From: Dictyostelium discoideum
Lineage: Eukaryota
DNA: 64,000 bases
Direction: 5' to 3'
Assembly (NCBI GenBank): GCA_000004695.1
Contig: CM000153.2
Span: forward strand, 64,001 to 128,000
Shown here in pieces: positions 61,497 through 64,000 of this stretch. Each line of letters starts with the position of its first letter. Positions within the stretch are counted from its first letter, which is position 1. A program made the translations under genes and the position numbers. Below the pieces are notes generated by a model that made no database searches, was not told where the DNA came from, and worked only from the letters and a program-made list of their open reading frames with translations.

Positions 61497-63874
61497 TTTA
61501 ATTTTTTTTTTTATTTTTTTTTATTTTTTTTTATTTTTTTTTATTTTTTTTTATTTTTTTATTTTTTTATTTTTTTTTTTAATATAATTATTTTTCATTT
61601 ATCAATATTATTAATAAATAAACAAAAATAATTAGGGTTATTACTAAAATAAAACTATTTTCAATCAATTATTATTGTATTTTTTTACTTGCAATTTAAA
61701 TCTTTTTTTTTTTTTTATTTTTTTTTTTTATTTTTTTTTTTTCCCTAAAAATTTAAAAAAAAAAAAAATTTAAAATTTTAAAAATAAAAACAATTTTTTA
61801 AAGGTAATAGTTTAAACAATAAACCAATCAAAAAAACCATAAATAATTTTTTAATAGCAAGACAAAAAAAAAAAAAAAAAAAAAAAAAGTTGTGTGAAAA
61901 CTTAAAAGGTTTTTTTTTTTTAATTTATTTTTTATTATTTTTTTTATTTTTTTTTAAAATTACTTTTTTTTTTTTCTTTTTAAAATTTTATTTTTTTAAA
62001 TTAAATAGGAAAAAAAAAAAAAAAAAAAAAAAAAAACCAAAAACAATAATAATATGTAGATATTTATTTCATATATTCATTTTTTTTAGTTTTTTTAAAA
62101 AATATTATTATTATTTTTATTTTATATTTTTTTTTTTAAATTTTTTTAATATTATTTTTTTTAATATTATTTTTTTTTTTTTTTTTTTTTGTATAAATAT
62201 AGAAATAAATAAAATTTATATTATATTTATTTAAAAAAAAAAAAAAAACCGTAATATTTTTTTGTTTTGTTAAAGCTGGAAATCAATTGGCAGATTTTCC
62301 CTTTTTAAGAATTTTGACCTCTAAGCCCATATAATCAACTATATATGCGCAATTACAATGCTTAAAAAAAAAAAAATAATAAATAAAAAATAAAAATTAA
62401 AAATAATAATAATAAAAAAAAAATTAAAAAAAAAAAATAAAACGAAAAGAAGAAAGAAAAAAAAAAAAGTAGGAAAAAAAAAAAACAATAATTATTTCAT
62501 TTTTTTTTTTTTTTTTTTTTTTAAATTTTGTAATTATTAAGCGATAAAAACAAATAAACTAGGTAATTTTAAGATTTTTTATAATTATCCAGATTTTTTT
62601 AATTTTTTTTTATTTTTAAACATAATTTTAAAATAGTAAAATTAATTTTGGAAAACAAAAGAGTAAACTTCAAATACTAAAAATAATATACACATTTTTT
62701 TTTTTTTTTCCAAAATTATTTTATTCTTAAGAATTCAACAACAAACCCTTTCACATTTTTCCTTTTTTTATTATTTTATTTTATTTTTTTTTATTTAAAA
62801 TTTTTTTTTTTAATTTAATATTTTATTTATTTTTTTATTTTTTTTTTAAAATTTTTTTTTTATTTTTTTTAATTCAAGTCATTTTAAAAATTATTTCTTT
62901 AAGATTTAAGACAAAATAAATAATAAAAATAAAAATAATAATAATAATAATAATAAAACACATTGTTTTCTCTCATTAAATAACCCCTATCTCACCCCAT
63001 TTTCGAAAACAAAACAAAAAGTAGTGTTTTCAGAATACACACTTTTTTTTTTTTTTTTTTTTTTAATATTTATTTTTAACAAAAAAAAAAAAATAAATAT
63101 TTATTTAGCGCATTTATAAATGCTGCCACCCACTACGAATTATACACGAATATACAAAAAAAATAAAATTTTAAAAAAAAAAATAATAAAGCAAAAATAA
63201 ATTAAAATATACATTTATAAGTTTAAATAAAAGTATATAGGTTTTTTTTTTTTTTATGTGTAAAGGTAAAAAGAGGTTTTTTTTTTAATTATTATTTTTG
63301 GTTTTTTATTTATTATTATTATTATTTAAAAATTATTCATTATATTTTATTTTTTAAAAAAAAAAAAAAAAAAAAAATTTTTACTCTATTTTATTATTAT
63401 TTTTATCATTATTTATTTATTTTCCATCTATATACCCCCAAAAAAAAAAAAATAAAATAAAATAAAATAAAATAAAAAAAAATAAAAACTATAGTTTCGA
63501 AAAAAAACAAAAAAGCATGGATTTTAATGAATGGAAATACTAATTATTTATCATATATAATTTTTTTTTTTATTTCTTTTATTTTTTTTAATTTTTAAAA
63601 ATTTGTTTTTACAATTATATTTTTAGAGTACCATTATTAATTTAATAGTAGTGAAATTTAAAAAAGAGTAAAAAAATAAAAAAAAAAATAAAAACAATTA
63701 AAAAAAAATAAAAAAAGAAAAAAAAAATAAGAAAGAAAGAAACAAATATAAAGTTTTTTCAAAAAAAAAAATAAATAAATATAAATTATTTTATTTATAG
63801 GGATAATAAAAATAATTAATAATAATAACTAAAAAAAAAAAAAAAAAAAAGTCAAAAAAATAGTATAAAAAGAA

Positions 63875-64000
63875 TGGAAGGTTCTAAAAGGGATATTATT
63901 GAAAATAGTAATAATGGCAATAATAAAGGTGTCGTAATTGAAGAATTGGGTGAAACGTACTACACAAATTCAAAACCAAGCACTAGTGCAGATTGTAAAT
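63875..64000 (+). CDS. 5' end of a protein-coding gene that runs off the window (MEGSKRDIIENSNNGNNKGVVIEELGETYYTNSKPSTSADCK..).
   Basis: An ATG after a poly-A tract, then an open, non-repetitive frame to the window edge. Too short to classify. Confidence 0.3.

Overview
This window is nuclear DNA from a dictyostelid social amoeba and is most consistent with Dictyostelium discoideum. The basis is the composition (roughly 20-25% GC), long poly-A/T tracts in intergenic DNA, coding trinucleotide runs giving poly-Asn/Gln/Ser, short AT-rich GT..AG introns of about 100-170 bp, and the gene content (an RdeA-type HPt protein, a GPI-anchored SodC-type Cu/Zn SOD, a frizzled/smoothened-like 7TM receptor, a BEACH/Lvs-type protein). 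I support about 26 protein-coding genes, several of them multi-exon. Five join exons or introns that the single-ORF track does not show: sulfiredoxin, EF-1 gamma, SodC, a Rad54 5' exon and the 3' exon of a hypothetical gene. Recognisable products include a TKL-like kinase (partial at the 5' edge), the HPt protein RdeA, a TruA-family pseudouridine synthase, short/branched-chain acyl-CoA dehydrogenase, malate synthase, an OSCA/TMEM63/CSC1-like channel, EF-1 gamma, sulfiredoxin, a BEACH-WD40 protein, an HP1-like chromo/chromoshadow protein, a frizzled/smoothened-like 7TM receptor, a papain-like protein lacking the catalytic cysteine, SodC-like extracellular Cu/Zn SOD, Rad54 and an eIF2-alpha-kinase-like kinase. 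I found no rRNA or tRNA genes, no CRISPR, and no prokaryote-style defence or mobile system; the expectation of a new 'system' is not borne out by what I can see. The observations that most merit a second look are: (i) a probable cathepsin-like pseudoprotease; (ii) a DUSE-like motif next to a GC-richer island, a candidate ncRNA locus; (iii) a perfect 77-bp palindrome 3' of the channel gene; (iv) two decayed coding remnants, one Cys-codon-rich and one an IPT/TIG surface-protein fragment; (v) an eIF2AK-like kinase with catalytic-loop and APE/SPE-motif substitutions; (vi) recurrent G-rich motifs in a very AT-rich background. All functional calls come from motif recognition by eye and need database confirmation.
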